Shown: positions 24,501 through 39,500 of the stretch, in pieces
How positions within the stretch are numbered: position 1 is the stretch's first letter
Layout of the letters: every line of letters starts with the position of its first letter
Assembly: GCA_965202585.1 (NCBI GenBank)
Contig: OZ241827.1
Span: forward strand, 58,094,001 to 58,158,000
Direction: 5' to 3'
Source: Thalia democratica
Lineage: Eukaryota
DNA: 64,000 bases
Made by a program: the position numbers and the translations under genes
The notes under the pieces: model-generated
The model's input: the letters and a program-made list of their open reading frames with translations, nothing else
Told to the model about the DNA's origin: nothing
Databases searched by the model: none

Positions 24501-27500
24501 TATTTGTTTTGTAAACAGAAAACTGATAACAACAACTTTTTTTTAAACAGTTTGCATGTTTGCGTTTTTTGTTGATGTGCGTACAAACAGCACAAATAAG
24601 ATAAAAATAAAAGTAAATTGATAACAACGCTGCTTATTTTCCTTTCAACTTTTTGCTGAAGAATTTTAAAACATGATAACTGCAAAGATAAATCAATTAA
24701 AAGCGTTAAGCATGAACAATGTCGAAGTTTTTTTTTGTATCAAACGTAAACATCAAATCTTTATTCCTGCCTTTGGTGGCTTTTGTGGCTGATAAAGTTT
24801 GGTTTTAGTACTTTGGGTTAAGCTTTGGTTTTGCATTAAAAAAAAAGTCAGATTTAATATTATATAAACAATGTTTTTTTCTAATCAGTAAATCATTTAG
24901 AACTAATTTCTAACATATACACAGGTCTTAATTAAAAAATGAAGCCTGAAAGTGGCATGTTTTGAAACAATTTTTATCAAAATCATATTAAAGTATACAC
25001 ACATAAATAATTTATAAGCAGTTTGAACTTTATAATCTGCTGCTATAAAGATGTGTTATGCAATAAATTCATTTTACAGTTTAGTTTATTCATGTTAAAT
25101 TTGCTGCAAACATTTTGACGTGTTTCAAAATAACTTATAAAAAATAGCTAGCTACTCATCCACATTCTTTTTATTGTAGTAAATTCGCTTATAAGTATTA
25201 ATAATATTAGCAATTTTTATAAACATATAGGCTAGGAACAATTAAACAATACAAGTGAATTTGTAAGTTAAGAAAAAAAACAAAGAAATTTTGCATACAA
25301 AACTAAAAGTAATTTAAAAACTTCAGGTTAAGAAAAACATTCATTTCATAAATAAAAGTATACTATAAGTTTTTTTGGAACATCTATATATAGACAAACT
25401 TATTTTTAACAACTAGGATCAATAAAAGAACACATGAGATAAATAAGAAAAGTACATGAATAATTAAGAGCTGTTTTAAAGGAAGTTTCGATTTCTGTTA
25501 ATACATTTCTCACATTTGCTTAGCTCTGTATAAACTTTAATATTTAAAAGTTACAGCTTTAAGAAACTTAAAACCACTAAAGCAATTAAAAGTTCAATTA
25601 AACTGTTAGGGTTAACTTTACTAGGTTTTAATTAGATTCTTTTGTCATAAATGTTGTAAAACAAGTTATTGGAGTTAAAGTTAAACATTTTAATGTTAGT
25701 GTTATTTTAAATTACAGCCAGGAAGTTTTAGTTTGTATTAAACTCTAAAACAAATTTTACATAAATTTTCAAAATTTATACCTTTATAATTGAACTTTGT
25801 AGAAGTAAATAGAAAATAATTGTATTCCCAATTCAAATGTTTTAAAATTCAAAACACACTTAAATGCTACAAAACAGTTTATAACAGGATACCACAAAAA
25901 TATTTGTTACCTTAATTCCAACTGGTTTCAGACATTTTAAATTATAGTATACAGTTACACAGTATACCCTTTTACCTCTCTGAAGCATTTCATAACAAAT
26001 TTATCACTTAAATATACTCTTTTTTCAACTTTTGCGCATCTTTGTTAAAATCAAATTCGTTACTTCAATAAAAAAGTTCGTTACAAAGCTTCATTTCTTC
26101 TTGCACGACGAAAAACCGATCATGTAATATGTCTTTTTCCATAAAAAAAAGCACACACAGATAGAAATATTCAAAGTATTTGATTGTGTTGATTTTTATT
26201 GAGGCCGTAGTATCTCGCTCACAAAAGAGAAATTGCCAGGTTAAACTGATGTAAAGGAGCCCATTGTGCTCAGCTGACTTGTTTTGCAGTTTGAACGTTA
26301 ATACAGCGAAACACGTGCAATAAGTGAGCATCTTTTCAGTTATTTCATTGCTCAAAATTCAAGCTTGCCTACTGCGGGTTGAATGGCAAAAACAAACGCA
26401 TAACACACGAATTAAATATAAACACAAATAAAGGTTTAACACAAATAAATAAACAGATTAAACACAAATAAACGTTATTTGAATGCAATTTTTTTTTTGC
26501 TGAGAAATGAAAACAGAAGCTTTATATTTTAACGGCTTTTGTCCCAACAACTTGTTTGCTTTAAGGCTTAAACAGGTACCAAGTAAACACTTAAATACGA
26601 ATGAAACTGCTCAGGTGACAAAAACACAAAAAAAAAAACCAGCTGTTAAAAATTTAGCCTAGTAAAAAAAGCACAATGAAACAAAAAACTTCTTTATTTT
26701 TAGCACCGCGCATTCATCCCACGCTTTTTGTTTACGGCGCGCGCTTTATAATCAAAATTGAATTTTTTTCTGGTCAAAAACCATTCACTCCGTGATACTC
26801 GACCTTCGAATGCTTCCGTTCGCGGCAAGTTCATGGCTCAAATTTCTAATTTTAGTTTAAAATTTAGCAGCATTAGAAGCAGTGGCCTGTCAAGGCACGC
26901 GCGCAATTTTAGTTGATTTATTTTTACTTTTTTTTTAGGTATAACTTTGTTCAGGATTTTTGCCATGCTGCGGATTTCGCTTAATCCCGAGTTCATGCTT
27001 ATCATTTTGTTGGCTTTCTCTTGAAAATTTTGATTTTCTTTTAGTTTTACTAGTGGATAAACAGCTAAAAAATCGTAAACTACAATATAAACTTAAGAGT
27101 ATTTTAATATTTACCGTTTAGACGCTTTTTAGGGAAAAACATTATATTATTCATTGTTTGCACTCACATGAATTTTACTTCAAGTGTTGAAACAACTCAA
27201 AGCTATTACTTTGTCAATTAACCTCAATTAAAGAAAGTCTTTCTTTGGAAACACATCAGCTTCAAAGCTACCTAGGACGCCTGATGTTTACAAAAAAGCA
27301 GTTTGGCAGCTAATTACGCTGAAATTTGCAGTGAAATCGTGTTATTAGCACCGCGCAAGTCAGCCAAGGTCATCAGATCTTATTTACAATTACGTTCCTC
27401 AGTGATTAAATCAGCGAGCGACCTACTAACTCTTTCTCATCATCTCATCACTTCAACCGCTTCAACTTTCTTGTGCTACTTTGCTACTTTATTTCGAAAC

Positions 27501-30500
27501 GGTTTTTAATGCCATATATAATTTTGATCTGTATTTAATTGCAACACTAGCATATTGTGAAGTAGCTCTCTGCGAAAGGGAAAGGCATTGCGAGATTAAA
27601 CTTTTAAATTTATTTCTTGTTTCAGTGGATGGCACAGTTTGAAGTGCACTCGCTTCTGTGTTTGTTTCTAAAACTTTTCCTTTTTATCTCAGGGGCGTTA
27701 CTCGCCTCTCGAAGAAGAATGAGATTAAGTCGCTTGACAGCTCCTTAAAAATTTTCACCACGACAGCTTTAAAAACTTTCTTTTTATAAGATTCTTTCAG
27801 GGTCGAAGAATTTATTTCAGTTTCAAAACCCTTTCCAGACGTTTCATTTTTTTCTAGCAACGGCAGACAAACCCAAAACAAAAAATTCTCTGATGGTAAA
27901 AAATTTAAGTGCTAGAAAGGGAATTTCTAATGTAAGCTGCTGGCAATATTTGGGCTTAAATGCAAAAATTTAAAAATCAAAAGTGAAAAGTGAACTGTTT
28001 AAAAGGCACTCAAGTTGTGACAGAGAAGGATTGTGCGGTTGCAAGCGAATAAAACTCAAATAAAATTAAAATAAACATCTGTATTTCGGTGTAAACGCGT
28101 GACAATTCGTGTAATGCCTACGCTTGTCATATTGTATACCAAAGAGAAAGTTTTGTTGATCTTAAAAAATAATTTATTTGTATCTGGAGTTTGTTTATTT
28201 GAAAAGATTTTTACAACGTCTAATTCAGATTTTTTTATGCTCACTCAAACTTAAATCTAGCTTACCTTAACTATAAAAAACATTTTTATTTATTTATATT
28301 TTTTGGGTTTCTTATTTTTTTTTTTATAAGCTTACAGCTGTATACTTGCTGCTATCTTACTTTTCTGTAGCGACCGAAAGTATTTAATCTCCAAATAAAA
28401 CGCGCTCCTAATTATAGCAATTAATAACTGTGTGAAAGATAACAGCGTCTGCTGTTTAGTGACTGAGCGAAATGACAAGATATGACATGACACTCGCTTT
28501 GTTATATATAGTGAAACAGCTTGAGTCTGAAAGACAATGGTGAAATTTTGACATTTCCCCATGCTTTGATGCGATAACACATATTATGTTATGTTTAAAA
28601 GTAGGTCTTTAAATGATCGGTAGTTATCAAAAATAACTTAATTTGGTTAAAAAATGTTAAATATTTTTGTTTTAACTTAAATAAAATGATTATTCATGGA
28701 TTAGTTAATTGCTAATGAACTTATAAAAATAACCGTAAATCAGAAAGTTGAAAGTTAAAATTTGGGTTTTCAATATTTTCATATTTGGAAGCTTAAAAGG
28801 ATCTTCAATTTACATCAGTTTTAGATGAGTTAATATGCTGAAATATCTTTGTGGTATCATAAGCCCATCTGTCAGTACATGTTAAATGATTGATAGATTA
28901 TTAAAAGGTACCTGATTTTATGTGTCTGAATAATTAAAATTTTTCGTGCTCATTTGCAGAAATTTGATGCTGCATTAATGGCATCCTAAGCAAAAAAAAT
29001 ATCGATCACATCAAGTTTTTGTAAACAAAATTAATTGGGTACTAAATTAAGAACTGTCTCAGTAGATTGATGCATTTTATTGCATGATGTAAATAAAAAC
29101 TATGGTATAATTGTAACAAGCAAGCATCAGTTTACATTGAAACGCAAAATTAAATTCAGACAAGTCAATAACCTTCATAAACAATTAACAATCAGTAAAC
29201 AAGATAATCCGCTCAATAAAGCACAAATTAAAGCGCGCAGGTAAACACACACTTCTCGCGCGTAATTCGTTGATAAGACAGGTAAACATAACTGCCGCTA
29301 ATCGCCAAACAAAAAGCAAAATAAAGTAGGTTGCGCGGTCAACGTCGCCGTAAACAAAACTTGTCTTCGATACAAAACAGTAACGTCACAAACAGCTGCT
29401 TTTGGCGGGTCTTTGTGACGTAACAATTTCTCACCACGTGCTGTTTGCTCGCCAACCCCCAGCAGCAGTGGAGGTTTGTGCGCGCAGTCACGCAAGCTTT
29501 TGTTTGTTGGAACAATCACTTCTACCGCTTGCTTCTTTTTGTTCAACGATTTGTTTGAATTTTGAGGAATTTGAAATTTATGAGATTATTGCGTGCCTGT
29601 GCAACTTTCCTTTTTGTTGTTTACGTTGATTTCAAGTGTTTTCTAACGTTTGAATGGCCTTAAAAGATGACTTTTTAAACAACGGAGAACATAAATTCCT
29701 TGTTTAAATAGCTTTTTCACAATTTAATGCATATATTCTTAAAATAAGACATATAAAAAGTAAGAAATGTTATTAAAAAGTACTTAAAAGCATAAATTAC
29801 AAAAGTAAGTAATTAAAAATATTACACCTATATTACAAGAAGATTTAGATAAAGCGAAGGTTTTTTGATAGCACTTAAGTGACGGTTCTTTATAGAAACT
29901 CAACTTATAAAATTGACCATAAACAACTAAAAAATTAAAAAGTACATTGAATAAAATTCCTTGTTTGGCAGGTGTAACATGAGCTTAGCGGGGATTCCAA
30001 TTTTATCTGATTTAAATGACTGGCAAGTTTTTATTAATCGGTTAGAAACTGATCGCACTGAGCATGATACCCCTTGAATTTTATTTTTATTTTCTTGCAG
30101 ATAATAGTCAAGGCAGAGGAATTCGTGACGTCAGACGACGAGGATTATGACGTGACAGGGGGAAGCGGCGATGACGAAGCGTGGCACAGCGTAGTCAAAC
30201 ATGTAAGATTGAAAATTTTCAAAACTTTAAAAATTATTGAGAGTTTAAAAATGTCTAAAAACATGTTTTTGATTTCTTTAATTTATTTTTTCTCATACAA
30301 TTGGATCTTTACATGTCGATTTATCATTGTAAAGCATCAATTATTATGATTAATGAATTCCAATGTCAATTATCGGTTTGTTTTTGAGCTTTCAAAAATT
30401 GTTTATCGACCTAATTGTAGTTTATCATTATTAAATTATTATTATAAAATATAGATTGGAATATTTCAATGTTTGTAAATTGCATTAACTATATTGCATG

Positions 30501-33500
30501 TATTTAGTTTATCATACAATATGGTTGATTATTACGTTTATAAAGTCATTAAAAGTTTGTTCAGATTTTTAAACAAATCTACAAACTAAGCTTGTAGTGA
30601 AATATTCAAATATAAATTAGATATAAGTTTCAATATCAACAGGAGCGAAATCTTTGGTCAGAATGGTCAAATTGGTCAGATTGTACAAAAACCTGTGGTT
30701 TTGGAATTTCTAAATCTTCAAGATCTTGTTTGAATGGGTAAGAATTTTTTTTTTTAATTTTTTTAGTTGCGGTTAACTATTTAACTTTTATTAAAAACTT
30801 TTTTTTAAACTAAAAAGTCAAAAATACAATAAACACAATAAAGTTCTAGTTCAATAGAAATGTTTGATCTTTACTAACTGTTTGATCTAACAAAAAAGCA
30901 AATTCATCAAAAAATTTAAGTTTTTTTTTACGTTGTAATTTTTGTACGAATTTCTGTTATACATATGTTTGTAACACTTTAAATTTTGCACCGTTTGTTA
31001 AAATCATAAAAGTATGTTGCTCTGTAAAATAAAACTTTAAATAGGTTAGCTTGTTGTGTTAAAAAATTTAGTTATGCTTAAATAAAGATTTTAAAAAGCT
31101 TATTTTTAGGTTTAGAAGTTATTTTAACACATGGTTTTTTTCACAGAACATGCATTGGAGAAAATTATAGATACAAACTATGCTCGACTGAGGTACGTAT
31201 TTTACCAACAAGTTACTAATATAAACTATTTGGTCATAATAAGGTCAGTTATGTTGTTGTGAGTCAAAAAAACCCGCAGACATGAGGAAAACATTCATAA
31301 GCGCAAAGCAAACACTTTCCAGTGTGTTGGGGTCCAATAAGGGTATTAAAGTATTTGCAAGTTTCTTGATAACTGCGGTGCTTGAAAACAGTAGCCGGGT
31401 TTAAGCAAAGTTTAAAGTTTCACAACGTTTTGTTTGTATAAGTCCTACCAAATTCTTGCATCAACAAAGTCCATTATGCAGGCTTCCATTGATGTTATTA
31501 CTATATTAGTTTTATGTTTAATGGTGCTAACCCTTCATCATTATAACGTAATTTTTACACTGCTACTCTTTAATTAGTCATGTTCATAAGGTAATAACAT
31601 AAACTGAGCAAAATTTTAGAATTAATTGTTATTTTTAGATTTTAGTTAAAAAGATAGATGTAACTGAAGCATGAACTCTTTTGGTACTAACTAATTGTAA
31701 ATAACAATTTTTAAAACACAGTTAAAAACCATTGAAATAGTTAGAGATATAACAACTTATCAGAAATAAAAAGGTTTTTTTTTAAACTCACATAAACTAC
31801 ATGCAGACAAAAAAAATAATGTGCAGTCTTTTTTTATCAAAAACTTTAAGAAAACATATTTAAAAAGGAAGCTTAATTAACTTTATTTGCTGGATTGCTA
31901 TAAAATATAATTAAAAGACGATCTTATTTAAAACACTTCATTTCTTTAGTTTATAAACGTAGAATAAAAAACTAACTTCTAGATAATTTTTGTTAAAAAC
32001 ATAAGGAAATTTCATTATTAAAATATAAATTGCAGGACTGCCCGCAGTTCTCTGTAAGCTTCAGACAACGTCAGTGCGAAAGTTTCAACTCGGCAACTCA
32101 AAAGTGGACGCTTCCCGTGCTGACCACCTCCGACCTCATCGACCAAAGGCTGCAGAAGGACCTCAACTCCCACTGCTCCCTCCACTGCAGGTCGAGCGTG
32201 ACGGGCAAGGTTGCCATGGTAACCGACAAGGTCACAGACGGAACCCGTTGCCAGGCGCAAAAGAGTTTCGGGGTTTGCATCGAAGGAAAATGCGAAGTGA
32301 GTGAATAAATAATTTAATACTTCAGCATAGGCTTTAAAGTTTTCTCTTTATAAAATAATTTTAAAAATTTCCAAAAACGCTTTTCATCACAACATTAAAC
32401 AATGTATAAAAATCATGTTTTAAACAATTGTGTGGTTTGTTTTTTGCTTGAATTTGAAACAGTAAAAGGATAAACGAGTTTCTTAATCAGCCTCATGACA
32501 GACACCAACATATTTCCATCTAAATTTTTAATTGTCTAGATTAAACGAAGTGCTAAGTTCACATTTTCTCCTTTGGCATTTAGTGCTTTATCAATTATGA
32601 AAACAGTTTGTTTTAAAACGCTGGGATTTCCTTGCGTACTTAAAACGAAAAAGTTCGTCTTTTTATACCAAGTTGGGTTGGTATGAGAAATATTTGAAGA
32701 TTTTATTTCCAAGCAAAAAGCCGCAACTCTCTTGATTAAAATACCGTTAAGATTTTCGTAATTCGGCAAGAAAATTCCATCAGTGTAATTATGATACTGT
32801 GTGCTTATTGCTTAAAATAAAATTGACAACTGTAATCTCCTTTGTTTGGGTTTTCTTGTTTGGTTGTTTTAAAAAGAAAAAAACTTGTGGTTGCGAATAA
32901 TAAGCAATAATACAGCGTTCATAAAGAGATTGCGTATATTTTGGTTAGCGAAAACAATAAATATGATAAATCGCTTCATTCACGTGATTATTGTTCCCAT
33001 CATTAAACTTTTTTGTCATATAAGTTATTCAACCTTATATGGTTGGCAAAGTAAAAAATAATAACGCATTACTTTATCATTATGTTTATAAAACTATCCG
33101 AATAAAGTTGGAGTAATTTACAATTTTATACAAATGACGAAAAGTAAAACTCGTTTCTCATCAAAAACTAAAAAACAACAAAAAAGAAAAACTGTAATTG
33201 AAACAAGAATTTCTAGGCTCGTTTGCTAAATCGTTTGTTTAGCAAAATAGCAAGAATTATCATGTTTTTTGCAATTTGTATGTCTATGTGGTCTGCATAT
33301 GTGATTTGTTAATGTAAATGTTTGCTTTGTTAAATCGTGAAATAAAATTCTTTTATACGGAAATTCAGAAACAATTGTATTGAGTTTAGATTTTTTCGCT
33401 TTAACACGGTTTAAAACGTGTTACAGTGGTCGAAATCAAATTATTCGGAATAAGCCATAGCCAAGTTCGAAATAGCAAAGAAACATTTCTACTGGTGTGT

Positions 33501-36500
33501 GATTATCATACATACCGATGTCATGTTTTTTCGTTTAGTAATCACAAGACGCAATTATTCTTGAATATAACTTCAGTAGTAGCTGAAATAATTGCGTAAA
33601 AAATACAGTGAAAAAAAAAACAGTTTTGCAAGAAGCTATTTCTGATTATTTCTATCTAAACAGAACCGAATACTCTTCAAACAATAGTATTTTTGCAGAT
33701 TGTTGAATTATAGCATTACCGGATATTTTTGTTTGTTGGTTCTACTTTGTTTGCTGAAGACTTTCCTGTTGTAGTCATCTTGAGTCACACAGAAACTTGA
33801 TAGCCATAAACAAATGCTAAGAACACTTGTGTTTTGATTGTTTTTTACTTAAACAAAATAATTCTTTTAGCAAAGTTTTCACCAACTAAAAAAAAATGTT
33901 CTACTTTTTCTTCGGCTGCTTTTTTTTCAAAAAAAAAACATGTATACTAAAAATTTCACAGTTTAGTCTAAAATGTGCAAAAATAAAAGTTCATAGACTA
34001 CTGATTCCTACTAGGACGGATTTTATCAGTTTCTGGTATAAAAAACTGGTTTAAAACATGAAACATAAAAATGTTCGCTTTATTAAATTTTAAAGTAAGT
34101 TTTAATTTTTTTTTCACAAAACAACACAGCAAGCTGTTTATAGCGCACCTAAAGCTGTTTTTAAACTCAAACAAAAAGTTTCTACTCCACAGCGTGCGGG
34201 ATGCGACGGAGTGTTGTATGGAGGAAAAGTTTATGACAAATGCGGAGTTTGCGGAGGAGACGGAAGTTCATGCAGATTGATCAGCGGTATTGTGACGTCA
34301 TCAAGTGATAACGGTTTAAAATATAATGAATATAATACGCTCGGTTTTAAATATATTGGCTGTGAAAAAAGTGTGTTCCAAAGTTTTTCAAAAAAAAAAA
34401 AGTTAAAAGTTTACTTATCAGCATTGAGAATAAAAAAAACTTTATCATTACTAATAAACATGTTTTTAAATCCAGAAAAATATTTTCAAACATTTTACAA
34501 GATACTTTCTGCATGCATTTAATCAGCTTTGATTAAAAAAAATAAAATTTTAAATATTACAAAGAGCGATATATTTCTAAAAAAAAAACAAACTTATCTA
34601 GGTTGCAAAGGCAAAGAAGTTACTGTCAATATCTTAAAAAAGTTGAAAATTATAAGAAATAATAAAATAAAAAAACACTTATTGCTAAAACATTGAGGTA
34701 GTAATGTAAAGTTAATGTGTTTACAATCGTATGAAGAGTATAAACCTAATGATTTATAATATTCTACGAAGTGCATACTTAGAAAATACTTAAATTGAGT
34801 TTTAAATCAGTTTACAAGGCTATTAAACTGTATTCAACTCCTTAATCATCATAATTTAAACTTTTTTAAATTGCTAGTAGTATTCTAACTATTTTAATAC
34901 CTACTCGTTTTAGTTCCAAGTAATTCGATATTTTATCTGTGCTGACTTAATATCTGTAATGAATCATCTACATGTTAAATTGTTGACCTTACCACAATTG
35001 ACATTTACAAAAATATTTTAATCTAAAGATTGATCATTTGATGAATTTACACATACAATTTTGCTGCCGTAAATTTATAAATGTATAAAATTCTATTTCT
35101 CACGTATAAAAAAAATAAAATTAAGAAGAATGCTTCATTAAATTATAGCTATAAAATATAGTTAACAAATAAATGAAATAATTTTATAATTTTATAGTTC
35201 ACCGCCTTTTACTCGTATGTAAAAGTTTAAACAGGTTTGTCAAAAACAGTTATAACTTATTAAAATTGAAATTTTGTATATTTGAAAAAATCTATCATAA
35301 GTACTAAGTGTTAGATAATTTGGTATAATGTTTTAGTATAATGGAAATTAATATACATTAACTACAATAGTTTACAATTTTTGTTAGTAGTTCTGATGCT
35401 AGTTTTTCTCAGAATCTATCATATTGTTAAAAAAAAGTTTAAAAAAGTAAAAACATATAATACAACGGTAATTTTTTGTTAAAATTTTTAAAACTTTATC
35501 ATAATTGTTCATTTTCAGAAACAATCACAGAGATTCCAGCATCAAGCACAAACATTATAGTTTCTGGGGATGTTAGCTTCGGTAAATTAGTTTAATGTTT
35601 TAAAGTATTACACTGATAGCATTTGATATTTTACTTAAGCTTCTTGTCGTTATGAACATTACAAAAAACTTTTTTGTCGCTCATTTACATAACATATACA
35701 CTTCATTTCGTTTAATTTTTAAACAGCTGTTTGTTAATTTTTTTTTAAATACTCTTAAGCTGTAATAAAAATTCAAAATCATTACAAAACTATTATTAAA
35801 AAATTTAGAAATGTAAGCTTCTTAATTTTACAAATACACGACAACTATGTTCGGCTTACGTAACAAACTACATTGCAGATATAGTATCTGAGGAGAAAAA
35901 CCTCAGCTTGATAGAAGTGAACGAAGAAGCAAAACAACCGCTAGCTGATGCCGAGGAGCTGTCAAATTTGGACGACTTTGTTTACTCTTTCGCAGGGCCG
36001 ATTAAAGAAAACGCGAAAGTTGTAGTAAGTTTGCATGCTGTATTACTAGTGAAATCTATTCATGTGCTTTCACACTTTTTAATAGGGTTCCATATAACTT
36101 TATCATTTTAAATAAACACTAATTTCCTAAGTAATTCAAAGTATCACTTGAATTTAAGATTGTTTTTGTGAATTCTAAATCTTTATAAGCGTTAGTATTT
36201 ATTTAGTAAAAAAAATAAAAGTTTTCTTTTCAAAAACTATAAAGCGAATGCTTATGACCTTACAAAGATTACTGGAAATATTTTTTAAAGAAAAAGAAAA
36301 CTTAAACTGTAAAAAAACATAAAACTTGCTGTTTTGTTTTTAAAATTTTCAAAACATCTAAAGTTATAAATTTAAGAACCTCAAAAACTCTTAAAAAACT
36401 AAAACTTTCCATTTGTTATATTTGAAATGACTAACTGGAAGTTTTTTTCTTAACTATAATTATGTTTTTAAATTATGAAATTCTTTAACTTTAAGCTAAA

Positions 36501-39500
36501 CTAATTTAACTCAACTAAAAGTTGCTTTTATTACGAAATTTTAATTGACTTGAATATATTTTAAGGCATATAAAAAGTTAAAGTTAATAAAAAAAAATCT
36601 TTTACTTAGCAATATTTTATCTTAAATCAGCATAGAAGTATAAAGTATAAAAAAAAGTTTGAGTTTGCATAACCTTTAATACATAAATTGTTTAATGAAG
36701 TTTTACTATCAATGATAGTTAAAAAACAAACAAAACTAGGTAACTACCTTAATACTGTTAGTATAATGTGTTTTGTAATAGTTAACATAGTAAATAAGTT
36801 TATAAGACTTGGCACATAAACTAAAAGCTTTTTAGGTATATTACTTTTAAATGTTTCGCGCAAGAATTTCAATTAATCTAAAGTTATTTAAAAAATTTAA
36901 CATAAGTTTCTTGACAATATTTAGTAGAAATACTTTCTACGTTCAGTGTTAAATGCCAAAAAGATTATCTAACAAAAACCGGTAATTAAATAATTTATAC
37001 TTTGTACAAGCTCCAATAAGCCTTACGAAGTAAATTTTTCAGTACAATAGCCAAAATGTTAAGACATGTTTTTAAGCATAGTACAAGCTTGTATCATTTC
37101 AAAATTATAGTTTACCATACTTTCTCAGACTAAAATATACACATAAATTTAGTTTTACAGCTAAAATACATTAATAAATGTGTATCCATAAAAGGCAGAA
37201 ATAAACTTTTTTTTTATAAATATAAAAAAACAGCTATTTAAATATAATTCATCGTCATACAAGTAAAATTTATACTTTGAAAATTTCACAAAAAGTTGTG
37301 TTTAAAATTTTTTTGTACATAAAAAAAATATTATATAGCAAGTTAAAAAAATTAAGTGCACTAACATTTACAAACTACTAACAAAAAACATACAAATGTA
37401 TACAACAAACAAAAGTCTTGCAGTGTAGCAAGTTGTTTCTGGTTCTTTAAGTTCTTTTAAAGTTTAGCAAAGTATCAAAGCAACTTAAAGCTGATTACAG
37501 ATAAAAACTTTGAAAACGTTTAGGTAAAACGACAGACGATGATGGTCAACAGAATGTGCCCGTTCATTCAGGGATGCAAGCATCCGCACGAGGGCGCCAG
37601 AACCATCAGATACAAATACTACAAACTGAAACCCGTCATCTGGTCGTTAGCCGTTGCTACTGGCAACCACGCTCCATGTTCAGCCACTTGCGGCGATGGT
37701 GAGTCACACTTTTTATATTAAATAGTAAATAGTATTTGTAACTGTGGTACAGTTTACTGATTGTTTTTACAAGTTTGTTATTGTGGTTTGGTTTGTTTAT
37801 TATGTTTTCTGGATTCTCAACAGAAGCTTTTATATTTGATTAATTAATGCTTTTTCTAACGTTAAAAACTTAGAATATTATAAAAAGCTTATGTACACAC
37901 CAATTAAAAATTGGTATATACATTTTTTTCTACTTATTTAAGTAAACTAATTATACAAACAAGTCTTTTTTTTAAATATTCATTTGAAAATTGACTGTAT
38001 TCAAAAATCGTTGAACCTTGAACAAAAATTTTGTAAAAAATACTTAAAAAAAATTCGCTTGTATACACTATAGTTTATAAGTATTTTAACTTAGCATTAA
38101 ACAACTTTTAGATATTTTAATAAACAAAGAAAGAAAAAAAATATATACTAAAAAGAATAATTTTTTGAAGTGGTTTTTTTAAGTAATCTACATTGCATAT
38201 AATTAGAAGATTATAATATGTACTTCTATGAATTAAAATTTTGTTTAATTACTTAACTAAGTTGCAAAGTGAAAAACTCTAGTATTTTTTGATTTTTCTA
38301 TGTAACATTATCATTCTGTGCAACTATGAATTCCATAAAGTATATCTTTACCTGCCTGAAAAAAATAATACATTAAAAAAGTTATGCAATCTTTAAAAAT
38401 AAAATATATATATCGTGTCCAAAAATCATTAAGTTTTAGTAATAAATATTAAGAATTAAAATAAAAATTGCCAATAACAAACTTATCATAGTCTAATGTT
38501 AAAATTCATTGCCAAGCTTAAACTAAACAAAAATTATTCGGAAAATACAATTTAATATTATTCTAATTTTGTTCTGTAAAACTATTAAAAGCGTTATTGT
38601 AGTTTTAAAACTAATTTTTTATTTTTTTATTTTTTTACTTTAAAGAAGAGAAAAAAGCTCAAAACCTTTAAACCTTAACTAGTTCAGTTAATTTCTGTCT
38701 TCGGTAATTTCTGTTCTTTAAATTGTTCAATTTAAAGAACATTATTTTTCCAAAATGTTGCAAATGATTAATGCGGTTTGTGAACCAAAGTAATATAAAA
38801 CTATTGCGGTTTAAATTAAGTTTTGTGAAGATATCGTGCGTAAACTAAAATACCTATAAATGAACTACTTAGTTTAATTTATGCAGAATATATTTCAGAA
38901 AAATGGATTAGTTGGATTAAAATTAAATCACAACATATATTTTTGTATAAACCGTAATATTCGCTAAAATTTTAAATTTACTTAATTTTTTCAACAAACT
39001 TATGTAAACTTTTGCTATTGCATAAAAACAAAACCAGTTGAAATAAATATTCAATATAACGACACGTTAATAAAAACCTTTTTTTATTGGTAAGTTTTCC
39101 TCAGTTATTGCTTATAGTTAAGATTTGAAATTTCAAATTACTTTTTTTTAAACTTCATTAGCAATTAGTAATAAAAGCAAATATCTCTGAAATTCTCTAC
39201 TTTAAATAAAGAAATTAAGTCAATATATACATTTTCACACTACTCCAATATATTCAAGGCTACAAAGAAATTAGGCCAGTGTGCAAATCTTCGAACAGCT
39301 CAGACGTTTTTCCAGATTCCAGGTGCATTGAAGAGGGTTTGAGTGAGGCGAAAATTCGCTGGGTGAAATGCGTGCTACCCCTATGCAAGGAAGCGCGCCC
39401 CTCTATCAATGGCACCAGGTATGTTGTTTATGATAAAACGTAAAAGCAAACGTCTTTTTATATATATTTAAGTAAAAATATTTATTTTTTCGACAAAGTG

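Larger units (their letters stand above)
16590..24718 (+). repeat. Right arm of giant inverted duplication: upstream region, exon 1 and first 3.1 kb of intron 1 of the Punctin gene
   Basis: Reverse-complement match to 1-8110. The outer end is set only by the window edge of the partner, so the true arm may be longer. Confidence 0.97.

Noticed and set aside
34314-34343. Extension of exon 6 to a second phase-1 GT (adds [10 protein letters not shown])
   Set aside because: Intron-like composition, and the shorter form fits the spacing I recall in ADAMTSL1; not formally excluded.
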